From Botryllus schlosseri (taxonomy: Eukaryota), in assembly GCA_051294905.1 (NCBI GenBank), contig CM119372.1, positions 17,114,001-17,178,000 of the forward strand: a stretch of DNA of 64,000 bases, read 5' to 3'. Below are positions 12,471 through 23,700 of the stretch, piece by piece. The position numbers were made by a program, and so were the translations under genes. Position 1 is the first letter of the stretch. Each line of letters begins with the position of its first letter. The notes under the pieces are model-generated. The model did no database searches and was not told the DNA's origin. It saw only the letters and a list, made by a program, of their open reading frames with translations.

Positions 12471-13539
12471 GTTGTGATCATATATTCTGGAAAATGATGA
12501 TTCTTTGTAGCTGCCGCCGGTGTCAAACCATTCTCGCACTCTTCGAAATATATTTATACCCCAAGGATTGTCGATAGACATGGTCTGCTGAGCGTTATCA
12601 TCGACACATTTCTGGCGATTTCGCTGCAAAATATTCAGTCAAACGGCTGCGTAGCAGGTATCCATTCGTCTTCTTAAAATTGTTCTTTCGTCATAATACC
12701 CGGAAATACACCCGAAAACCGTCGTTTACATGCATTTGTCGTTGAATACATCACCAAGAAATAGTCTGGCAAGAGGTTCCCGAATATGCCGATGTAATTT
12801 CCAAAGCACAAAACGTAATGACACCCGAGTATATTTCCATGATTCACCCGTTCACCGATTTCGGTCAAAAATTCTAATAGAATCACAGTGGTTATTCTTA
12901 CCATTGAACGGGACCGTGTGAATCTGGTATCAAGATGCGTAAGCGTTAGTTGTAATTTTTCGAAAATTGGTTACTATTATATGAATTTACTGGCCTGACT
13001 GGGGTGTACCAGTGTGGTGTGTATATCTTAGTTCTCTTCTCCCTGCTTCTCTTGCTTTGATAAACTATTATTGAATAAATGTCACGTTAATGCATGTCTA
13101 TTTAGGCTGTTACACGTAACTGAAGCAACCAATTCGAGGTCCATTAGATTCGGGCCATCAATTTGTATAGGTTGTAGCAAGTATTACTGTTACTGGTGCC
13201 GTAAATTTTATACTCTAATGGAACTTGGAAGTATAGTCATCATTTCAATGTACCCCAAGACTGTGATACAATGTAAAAAAAACATAAGGTGTTCTAACGA
13301 CTTGAGGTAGTCTTTACAATCAGACATGAATCCGAAGAGTGACCTAATACTAATAGTAACTATTTTTTCTTTAAAAGATGTTAATAAGGAGTGGAATTAG
13401 TCCAAAAATAACCACTTAAGTGCATAAGTGTGAGTAACCAGCATAACCAATATATTTATACCATCCCCTATGAAATCTCGGTTCATTTTTTGAAATAAAT
13501 CCTGCGTGATAAGAGCTTTTCTGCATAGAGTAATTAAGT

Positions 13540-14616
13540 GATTACCAGAGAACCCGGCCCTTGGAGAACCCGGCCCTACCAACTCGGCCCTCGGAGAACC
13601 CGGCCCTCGGGAAATTTTGTATATCAAGCACGCGTGGTCTACTTGTTGTGGTATTCATGGTGTTTTTCGACTACTCTGGACCTCGGTGAATGCGGCCATC
13701 GAATAATTTTGAAATAAAAATGCATTAAATGTGATATGATTCTCAGGTAGGGAACAATCACGTGCCGTGGTAGATCTCCCAGTGCGAGAGCCTGATATCG
13801 AAGAATCTACCACGCATGCTACCGGTTCACCATGATTGGTTGCCAGGGAACTCGGCACTTGGAGTTTGATACCGCAGCTTTGCAGCATGTGGCCTAATAT
13901 CCCACCCCGGCAACCCTAATATCCCACCTCCGGCAACCCTAATATCCCACCCCCGGCAACCCTAATATCCCACCCCCGGCAACCCTAATATCCCACCCCG
14001 GCAACCCTAATATCCCACCTCGGCAACCCTAATATCCCACCTCCGGCAACCCTAATATCCCACCCCCGGCAACCCTAATATCCCACCCCCGGCAACCCTA
14101 ATATCCCACCCCGGCAACCCTAATATCCCACCCCGGCAACCCTATAATATCCCACCTCCGGTAACCCTAATGTCCCACTCCCCGGACCCTAATGTCTCCT
14201 TTCCCAACTACCCTAACACCCCACCTCAACCTACAGTTGCAATAACGAGCAGACCACGTGTGGTTGATATGTGAGCAATAACAATCATCTGAACAATTCA
14301 CACACAATGTACAATGCGATAAGACCCAATACGATGTCATGAACCGATACGAGTATGTCGAACATCGCACGTCCGCCCTTCGCCAAGTCAATTCAACACT
14401 GAGCCGACCACGCAAGCGTGATCACGTGATCTCTGCGTGATCTACGCATGCCCTGACCTCCTTACAAGATTGACAAATCAGTTGATAATAACATTATTAG
14501 TTTAATAATTCATATTAATACTTGTGAATACACTTAATTTCAAAATTTCCCGAGGAATTCACCGAGGGCCGGGTTCCCCAAGGGCCGGGTTGGTAGGGCC
14601 GGGTTCTCCGGCAACC
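13540..14616. mobile_element. MITE with modular TIRs (ggagaacccggccct repeats) and internal minisatellite
   Basis: ~80-bp inverted ends built of gagaacccggccct units; direct repeat aattaagt on both sides (13532-13539 and 14617-14624). Confidence 0.8.
13893..14200 (+). repeat. 22-23 bp minisatellite (ggcaaccctaatatcccacccc), ~12-13 copies
   Basis: Directly visible tandem units, degenerating after ~14160. Confidence 0.95.
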
Positions 14617-14683
14617 AATTAAGTAATTGAACAGAAAGTCCTGCATGACGTTGCCAACTTGCCACCAATTTCACTCTGGTATA

Positions 14684-15136
14684 CCATAGTGTCCTATTGG
14701 TGTGGACGCAAGCAAATATCACCGCTCAGAGAAATTGGTCTACGTGTCTGTATGGAATCGGTGTCCTGTGCTCACACTATGTTATATATTTTTTCATTAA
14801 ATTGCTTTAACACGGAGAATCAACGCTTCTCACCAGATATATCAGGCAAAACGTACCGAGATTCCAGTAGGGACTACGTCACACTTAACATCAACTCTGT
14901 TACAACATTCGAGGCCGATTTTGTGGGGCTCCCCGTTCCAGGACCATGAGAAGAATAAAATTTATATTTTCGCAATCAGTACCCCGGTAGCTTTCGATTG
15001 ATACCCGTTCCATCAAATTTCACGTTCGGCAAGCCCGACAAGAATTGCTGTTAAATGACCTGAAAAGTGTGGCGTAGACCAATTTCACTGAGCCGTGAGA
15101 TTTGCTTGTGTCCACACCGTATATAGAACAACATGC
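14684..15136. mobile_element. MITE with ~60-bp TIRs (possibly PIF/Harbinger-like)
   Basis: ggtgtggacgcaagcaaatatcaccgctcagagaaattggtctacg (14699) is inverted against cgtagaccaatttcactgagccgtgagatttgcttgtgtccacacc (ends 15118). A related copy at ~49717-51635 is interrupted by another MITE. Superfamily is inferred from the ccatag start only. Confidence 0.7.
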
Positions 15137-15336
15137 TTATACTCTCAAAAAGTTGATGCACTTCGTTACTGACCACCTCTGCTTATGATAAACTGCCACA
15201 AAAATTTCCGGAATGATGATTTTATAGTGCTGGGATTGTTAACAATCTCAATAATGTGAGATCAATGGAATAAATCTGTACACAGGAGGTAGCGATATCT
15301 AGGCTCAGTCTGTGGTCGATTCGAAGATCGTCAAAA

Positions 15337-16770
15337 ATGACTTCTGTCGTTAACAACACGGAGGAATGGATGTTTGTGGATCTTTTCCACGCCTTGCTGC
15401 AAGCCCCTTTGTACCACTTGTCTATCGAGGCCCTCCTCGTTCTGTGGATAATACGATTATTGTTCTTCAAAAAGAGCTACAAGCCACAGGACAGGCTGCC
15501 TTTGACGGCGTCGGAAAAGCAAGAATTGATTGACGAATGGCAGCCAGAGCCACTGGTTCCAGAACAGACCACACCGTACACTTACAGGAGAATTACCGGC
15601 CGTCCTGACAAAGAAATTACTGTCGACGGATTCAAGTGTTTCAACCTTGCTTCTTTGAACTTCCTGGGGTTACTTGGAAATAAGAACATCGAAGAAAAAT
15701 CCACGACCGCTATTAGGAAATATGGAGTTGGATCATGCGGGCCTCGCGGGTTTTACGGCACCGTCGACGTGCATTTGGAGTTGGAAGATCGTCTGGCGAA
15801 ATACATGAAAGCCGAAGAGGCAATTATATACGCTTACGGTTTTGCCACCATAGCGAGCGCGATTCCTGCGTACTCCAAACGCGGTGACATTATCTACGCG
15901 GACGAGGCGGTGTGCTTTGCAATTCAAAAGGGCCTGCAAGCGTCGCGTAGTCGCATCGTATATTTCAAGCACAACAACATGGACGATTTGGAGGCGAAAT
16001 TAAAAGCGCAGGAGGCCGCCGATAAGAAAGATCCCAAACGCGCTTCAGTCACTAGGAAGTTCATCGTTGTCGAAGGAATTTACGCCAACACTGGCACGAT
16101 TTGTCCTTTGCCCAAACTCGTTGAATTGAAATACCGATATAAGGTGAGAATCTTTATCGAGGAATCGTTTTCGTTTGGTGTACTCGGCGAGCACGGCCGT
16201 GGCGTCACCGAACACTTTGATGTTCCGATCGAAAAGGTCGATCTCGTTTCGGCGAGTCTTGAGTATGCTCTCGCGTCTATCGGCGGGTTTTGTGCCGGCA
16301 GCTCTTATGTAGTAGATCACCAACGTCTGTCCGGTCAGGGCTACGTATTTTCTGCGTCGTTACCGCCGGTGCTAGCGTGCGCCGCAATCGAAGCCGTGAA
16401 CATTATGGAGCAAGATCCCAGTTGTTTCGCCACGCTGAGAAGTAACGGCAGTTTCATGCAGCAGGCGTTGTCTTCCATACCGAGTTTGGAAGTGGAAGGG
16501 TATCCGGAATCTCCCGTTTTTCACCTGCGAGCAAACTCGTTCGAAGATCCGACCGAAGCCAAAAAGTTTCTGGAAAAGATTTCGGATCAGTGCTTGGCGA
16601 AAGGTGTCGCGCTCACGCTCACCGCCAAGTTAGAGCAGGAAGAAAGGAATAAAGAAATAAAACCGAGTATCCGCGTCAGCGTGTCGAGCGTTATGACCGA
16701 GGCCGAGTTGAAGTCTGCCGCGGAAACTATCAGATCTGTAGTGCAAGACGTGGAGAACAGCGGTTGGTAG
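15337..16770 (+). CDS. SPTLC1: Serine palmitoyltransferase long-chain base subunit 1, single-exon ORF, 477 aa
   Basis: N-terminal transmembrane segment [21 protein letters not shown]; motifs [39 protein letters not shown] and [17 protein letters not shown]. It lacks the PLP lysine ([14 protein letters not shown]), as expected for SPTLC1/LCB1. Confidence 0.97.
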   Translation: MTSVVNNTEEWMFVDLFHALLQAPLYHLSIEALLVLWIIRLLFFKKSYKPQDRLPLTASEKQELIDEWQPEPLVPEQTTPYTYRRITGRPDKEITVDGFKCFNLASLNFLGLLGNKNIEEKSTTAIRKYGVGSCGPRGFYGTVDVHLELEDRLAKYMKAEEAIIYAYGFATIASAIPAYSKRGDIIYADEAVCFAIQKGLQASRSRIVYFKHNNMDDLEAKLKAQEAADKKDPKRASVTRKFIVVEGIYANTGTICPLPKLVELKYRYKVRIFIEESFSFGVLGEHGRGVTEHFDVPIEKVDLVSASLEYALASIGGFCAGSSYVVDHQRLSGQGYVFSASLPPVLACAAIEAVNIMEQDPSCFATLRSNGSFMQQALSSIPSLEVEGYPESPVFHLRANSFEDPTEAKKFLEKISDQCLAKGVALTLTAKLEQEERNKEIKPSIRVSVSSVMTEAELKSAAETIRSVVQDVENSGW

Positions 16771-18619
16771 TTTATTGGTTGTCCTCGGATTTTGTTTATG
16801 TATTGCGTAAATGCGATTAGTGAAAATGGTTCGCATCATTTTGGAGGTGTATCATCACGATGCTCTGTCCGTCACTATGATTCGGTAGGCAAGTAGAAAT
16901 AACGGCACTTATTCTGTGAGAGATGTTTGCATTTTGTTGTGCTAATTTTGAACTTGACTTTCGCATTTGCGATGTCACAAGCAAATTAGGCTGTTGTATT
17001 TGTTGTGAATTTGAGAGAGTTAGTTTTGATATCCCCATCCGATAGTATTGCGTATTTCAATGTTTTTTTTCATGCACATTGCACGTACATATAGGCCTGA
17101 CGCAGGCATGAGTTTCTTGAATACACTAATTGCTAGTCCTAGGTAAGCTATGGGTCGTTTGGTTCAAAAAGCAGCAGTTGCTACCTTGATAGGATTGTGT
17201 CTATAATCTCAATGCTGCTCAATTTTTACCTAGAATTTACTGGCACCAATTTGACATGATTTCATCATTTGGTACTTTATATGTGATGTTATCGAAACAA
17301 AAGGTTAGGCCTTGAGTCATGATAGCTAGATTTAGATTTGTTAACAATGATTATATCCGTAAGTGGTGATGTACGTAATTGTATTACGCCTACCATCTAC
17401 ACTACATCATACACTAGCGCAAAAAATTATGCAAAGCAATGTTGGTACCAACGTCAATTCGGTTGTGTGTCTCATTTCTCGAGTACCGTACCAGAAATTA
17501 AATGTTAGCAGAATGTTTTTGGCAACTGGCGGAAATTGTTCTGGATGTCACTGCACATTGGGAGCAGAAATACAGAATCGGGGTAATACGGACAAGCACA
17601 TTTTCGCACTGAAAATGAAGAGAAATTAAAAATAGACTGGTTATGTGCAACTGAAATTATGTCCATCAACTCATTTTACTTGTTTGAGCTTTTGCCCAGC
17701 CCTAGTGTATTGCCAACGCAATGCTTGGTATGATGAGGCAAGCATTTTGAATGCCGTTTTAGTGAAACGTATTCCAGTGTTGCACAACGGTGCCATGTGG
17801 AAATGTGTGCAAGTGTAGCATAGCAGTGTTATGTGCTCAAGCTCAGCAGTCCTACTACCTAATAATACATGTCAGTAAATTTTCGTCCGGTCTCAAGCCT
17901 GATGCAATTCTCTCAATATTCAGCGATCAAGCTCTTTATGTCATTTGCCATGATTGATTTGGATACCGCAGCAATGTTGTGTGAGTGACATTATTTCATG
18001 CATTTCTGTGTGTGTTGTCAGTCCATGTCAATTTTCTATGTAGTCATGTTTGCTTAGCATTGTCTTTTCACAGAGCTGAACTATTTTGCCATTGAGCAAT
18101 CTGTGGGTACGGCACTTAACAGTATCCATAATATTTCATTTCACTGAAATACATGTTGATTATGAATAGCGTAATATATAATAAGATGTGTTTGATTGAA
18201 TGCATTCCTACAATTGTCCCAGTGTCATCCTTTTATATTTTGCAATGATCAGTTTGGTATCCAAAGTAGGTATTGTGTAATTTGCCTGACAAAATGAAGT
18301 CCAGTTGTCACACAAGCCGGAGCAAACAACCTATTGTTACATAAAAGCGATTGCACAAATCCACACGATTTGCTTGATTTCCGAATAGTGTTCAGCTCTG
18401 CTGTTTTCATGTGATTGTGCTAATGAAATCTTTTATTTATTTCGAAATGAACTCCTTCGATAACATTTGACTTGTAGTAATGTTCTTAATATGTTTCTTA
18501 TTTTGATACAGATATTATAACGTGATTCAGAATGTGGAATAGGTATATTTGCATGGCTGACTTCAGATGTTTTGGCTGAGGATGCAGATCTATGCAGCTG
18601 TATCGACCACTGGCTCAGG

Positions 18620-18870
18620 ACATATAATAATGATGGAGCATCTAGGTTCAGGATGGGTAGGTTGTGGGTACGATTCTTAGCCGGTGAGACCAAAGACGTG
18701 ATGGTGAAACTGGCATTCGCGGCTTCCCCGCTAGGTGCTCGGCACACCGGGATTGCTTGGAGAGAAAAATCCCTGCTGCAGACTTGATAACCTTGCAGTT
18801 TCTTAGCATCTCCATCGCACAACGATGTCGTAGACGAAATTGAAATTTGTTCCTTCCTACCAACCGAATC
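18620..18870 (+). mobile_element. tRNA-derived SINE remnant
   Basis: B-box-like gtgggtacgattct followed by accaaagacg...gcggcttccccgctaggtgctcggca. A similar core occurs at ~23236 (gtgggttcgatccctgcttggcgctc). Boundaries approximate. Confidence 0.5.
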
Positions 18871-18887
18871 ATGTCTTCTATGTAGAG

Positions 18888-19981
18888 AAGGAGTGGGCAA
18901 ACTTTTGAGCTCGCGGGCCGCATTCAACATCTGAATCCATTCGCGGGCCGCACTATATAAAACTGGGATTATAATCCAATACGCAATATTGCCATTTGAT
19001 TATATAGTGAGGACAAGGAGATAATATAGATGCTTATTTAAAGCATACCAGACATTGCTTTGATGATATTGACAGTGGTGAAATTTCATAGGCTGATCGA
19101 CCTCAATAACCAATTTGTCAAAACTATATAGCGATGAAAGTCGGCTGTCCTGATCTTAGAACAGGATTGAAATATAAATCTGTGCGCAGCGATCTGTTCA
19201 AAGATTTACTAATTCCACTTTTGGTTCAGTTCCAGGACACACAATGCTGACAGCATCATAACCATGTTAGTTTCAAACACGCTTGCACTATGTGTAGATA
19301 AAATATAAATACCCTAATTTTACGCACACAGAGAACGAATTTCTCTAAGACACGCGCAACTCGTTTTTAATAAGCATCACTGAAATACCAGTAATTAAAA
19401 CTGGAGTGGCCAATCCGAAATCACACTCGTGATCCGAAATATGTCAATGTCGTTTAGGATTTCTGTGATGCTTAGCAGTTGAACTCTCTCAACGTTCATG
19501 GGCCTTGAGATTGGGCTGCCGCGCCAAAAATTAAACATAAAAATAACATAGGAAGTATTTACCATTGAAGGGTGGTTCTCAAACTTTGTAAGACACGCCC
19601 CCCTGCCCGATATGATGGTGAAAGACTTCGGGCCCCCCCCCCCCTTAGCTAGCAAACCTGACGGATAGTTTAATGGTATGGAAGGTTACGGCTGTGGATG
19701 AGAGATTCTTAAATATGAAATTGAAACTAAATAAAGAGCAATAACTATAAAGATCTTTGCGCGAAAATATTTTTCAGTCGAGCTCAACTTCGCGCTCCCC
19801 TTCAGATGCCTTCACGCCCGCCAGTTTGAGAACCATCTGCCTTAGAATTATCATGGTGAAATATACTAAGAATTCGATTTTTAGTACACATTTCATCAAT
19901 ATTTTTAATAAGTTTCTTTTGACTCTCGCGGGCCGCACAGAATGGTGTTGCAGGCCGCGGGCCGTAGTTTGCCCACCCCTG
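18888..19981. mobile_element. hAT-Charlie non-autonomous element with a nested ~270-bp MITE (~19567-19840)
   Basis: Termini aaggagtgggcaaac...gtttgcccacccctg with cgcgggccgc subterminal motifs; perfect TSD atgtagag. Confidence 0.85.
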
Positions 19982-20776
19982 ATGTAGAGGTACCAATATA
20001 CATAATCTACCTTTGCATTCCAAACCGTTTTTTTTTTCTTGTAAGCTCAAAACTAATCTTAATATAGTTGACTATATTGACTGGAGCAGTGACTTTCAAC
20101 CTATGAGCATTGGCACAAGAATGGGCTATGGTTGTTCAACAGTCTTGCATGATATATCGAAGACCTTTATTTTTCTAGTCGTCAGTTTCCCAAATAGGCT
20201 GTGATTAGATCTTGGCGAAGGAGGTAACTGTTAGCTTCCCACATAGGCCACGAATCAGGTTGAGCAAAGGTGCTGACCTTTTTTTATTGACAAATTTAGA
20301 GGTGGGTAACAGTACTTTTTTAAATCAGAAAATAGGCCATGGCTATAAACTGGTCCTGAACCACTTAACTAGCGGTTATGTTGTCGAATGCAATTTTAAA
20401 AACCATTTTATGTGTGACGTGAACATTTCGGCTTCAAAAACTGTTGAAGTAGAAGTAGGCTTAAGCCTAAAAGCAAATTTCCCTGGTTGGAAAGGTGGTA
20501 TTCTGTAACGTTAAAAAAATCTAGGAGTTCGGCACAGCTTCTGTTCAATTTTGAATAATTTGTTGTTAATGAACAACTGTATGTAGCAGGGAAAAAGTCA
20601 CTCGAAGTCAATTCTCTGATGGATTTTCTCTCCGGTAAACTATGCGTTATATTTTTCAGACTTTTGACCTATATTGTATGCTAATCATGTCGCATACAAA
20701 TACGATGCGGCTCTCAAGTGCCTTAATTATCATGCGTTAGTGAGTGGTGGACAATCTTGACGATAGGCCTACTATC

Positions 20777-23700
20777 ATGGACTCGGCGGCAGAGCCAGTC
20801 GAAACGGCTGTGGAAAGTCACATGCTGGAAGAAGACAATTTCGTGGAAAATCTGTCCGATGCCGGGAAATTCAGTTACTTGGCTCTTTGCAGCAGCGCTC
20901 TCTCTCTACTCTTTGGAACTACAGATGACAAGTAAGTCGCAAGGTGACGGTATGTAGGGTAGGCCGATTTGAACATGGGTTTACCAGGGGTCAAATAACC
21001 GAACTTGGACCTGCTGCTATAATTTACAGTTTACGACTGCTTATTAACCCAGGAGTCCACCAATGCTTTATGGCGCTGTCTCCTAGTAGAATATTTGCTT
21101 TCAATTCTCATGGTCCAATTATATTATGGAGGCATATACGCCCTACGGTAATTTTGTGGTAAATGTAGTATGTGTCACCAAAATGGCACAAACCTTGGAA
21201 CTGTAAATGACCCAGATTGCCGTGTCAGAATGGGTAGATCACCTCGTTGACGCATTTTAACACTGTGCTGAAATTGGTCGATAACACTAGTATCGATTTT
21301 CAGATTCAAAAGTGATTCTCGTGCCTTTGCCGGTAAAATTTTATATTTTCGGAAAAATTTAGAGTGCATAACCGCTATGTAGTAACAGAGTTCAATTACA
21401 GGTACAAAATCATTGGCTTGAACTTCACTTCACTATTATATAGACACAATGCTCATACTCGTAGTAGTTTTATAATCCTTGACGTCTCAGCGACCCACGA
21501 CTTGCAGCTAGTCTGGCTTAACCTACGTTAGCGTGTCTTTAGGTGGTAGGACGGGTAAGCAACATCTGATGCACGTCATGTTTCAGGGTCTACCGTCACA
21601 AGACCGTTTATTCATTGGTGAAACACGTCAATTTGGAGAGTAACTGTTATCCCACGATGGTGGCGATTTCCGATGGAATGAGCGTAGCGGATAGTGACGT
21701 CTTCGTAAAGACATTACGGGAGGAGGGAACGATCAAAGTACACTTTGTCCCGTTTTAACTTGGTCAGTTTGCAAATACACTTTCCGTTTAGGATACACCG
21801 GAAGCTGTCGCTTACGACCTTGTCGCCTGGGCCCTGCTGAGCGATCACGGGGACGGCTCCGGACATAATCTGACCGGACGTTACGACAGCAGGACACGCA
21901 TCTTGTTGAGACACGTCACCTGGCAGCTTCGAATCGTTTTGGAAGAGCTGGAGAAAGCCGAGCATGAGATGGTGGAGATGTTGGAGTCTCGAACGGAGAA
22001 GGAGAAAATGTAGGTTTGTGTGTTTGAATTTAGGCTACTTTTCCGGTGTCGTGAATCCGCAAAGCATGCAGAAGTGCATTGTCGTAACCAATGCAAAATA
22101 GTTACTGATGCAACAAATAGATAGGGCTGGGCACAATGATTCGAATACTCAAATCTGGATCAAGTATTAATCTTATTGAGTCAAGTCGAGTAGTGAAAGA
22201 CTATTCTTTCGAGTATTGAAAGTATAGGCTACTCACCACTAAAAGTAAATTTATCAACGAAAATTATAGCTCCGATACTATTTTCCACTGTTGAAGCCTT
22301 GAAACCTTAATTGGCCGTACTGCAGCCTACAATATAGGGTATAAAGTACTAGTACAAAGCTACGGATGTTACTGGAAATGCCACATTTCCGAAGTCATGG
22401 TCATCCCACAACATCGTCACAAAGTGCAATGAAATCGGTATGGTCGAAAAAATACTGAGTATGGTTAATGTGATGGATAACAGGTATTTTATTTGAACTT
22501 TGACATATTACATTCTGCCATGACGTCATAATGAGTGATACTCGAATACTCGAAGCATAATACGTGATTCAGAATCGAATCACTCAGGTACTCAAATTTG
22601 CCCAGCCCTACAAATAGGTACAGTTTTCGAAAATAAGTTAAGCTACTCGATACAGGTGCTATTGCACCCAATCGTTATTACATTTATTCATAAAGAAGCT
22701 ACAAAACTACTTTTATACTTCACAAAATTCAAACCGATAGAAATAGGCTAAATAGTTGAGCAACGTGGAAGTAGTGCAAAGGACAATCACTGAAAAAACT
22801 GGGAGTTCTTGTACTGTTACTGACCGCCTGTTGTATTCAACAGATAAGGTTTGGTAAATGACAGACTGCACAAACTGTATACTATTTCTGAACTCACCAT
22901 GCCAAGCAGTTGTTTGATTTACAGTATTGTGCTTTCCCAGTTCGCATCGGTCATTACTCAATTTGCAAACAGCCCATGGGAGATCTGCACGACACGAAAC
23001 CTTTAAAGATCCGAATGTCTAATTTTGTTTCTGTTCCAGGGAACATAAGGAAGAGAGAGATCGCCAACAAAGGAAGAGTAAAATCAAGCGGTACACTATC
23101 ATTGGATTGGCGGCGATCGGGGGTGGCGCTATTATCGGACTGACAGGCGGCTTGGCGGCGCCATTGGTAGCGTCTGGAGCAGGTGATTACCATGTTACTT
23201 GAATAGGCTCACAGTATTTAACTTGAGTGCCGCGCGTGGGTTCGATCCCTGCTTGGCGCTCATGCATTACTGGGATAGCATGGAGGGGTGGTGCATGACT
23301 TAGAAAGCCGTAAAGGCTATATCTGCACTTCCTTGTCCAGCGGCGTATGCACATCATGCACTCATGGTATGCATATGCACAGATCGTGTGTATGTGTATC
23401 ATAGTTGGTGTATATTCCTCAAAAACATCAGGGACGAAAATAAACTACGTCCTTTCCTTCCTTTACTTTTGTGTAAAATGCATGCGATCAGACCAGTCGA
23501 GTCCACTCAGAGTGATATTAATCACGCCATGTCACACACCGGTAAGTTTACTTTGTTATTATTTTAATGTATCGTGATTTTCTTTTCGGTTGCATAAATC
23601 AATAAAATTTCTCTTTTCTCTATCTGTCAGGTGCAATATTCGGGGCGTCGTCCGCCGCTGCGCTCGGGTCAGCCGCTGGCATTGCTGTGATCACGTCGCT

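Larger units (their letters stand above)
1..13016. mobile_element. Giant foldback-type element (long inverted arms containing satellite arrays); left end lies outside the window
   Basis: 1-343 is the reverse complement of 12421-12763 (about 12 mismatches by eye). Each unique segment continues inward into a 176-bp tandem array, and the two arrays are in opposite orientation. The right terminus is placed tentatively at ...ggggtgtaccagtgtg (13016). Confidence 0.7.

Noticed and set aside
18433..18930. 165-aa minus-strand ORF as a gene
   Set aside because: It runs across a SINE remnant and a hAT terminus; a chance ORF.
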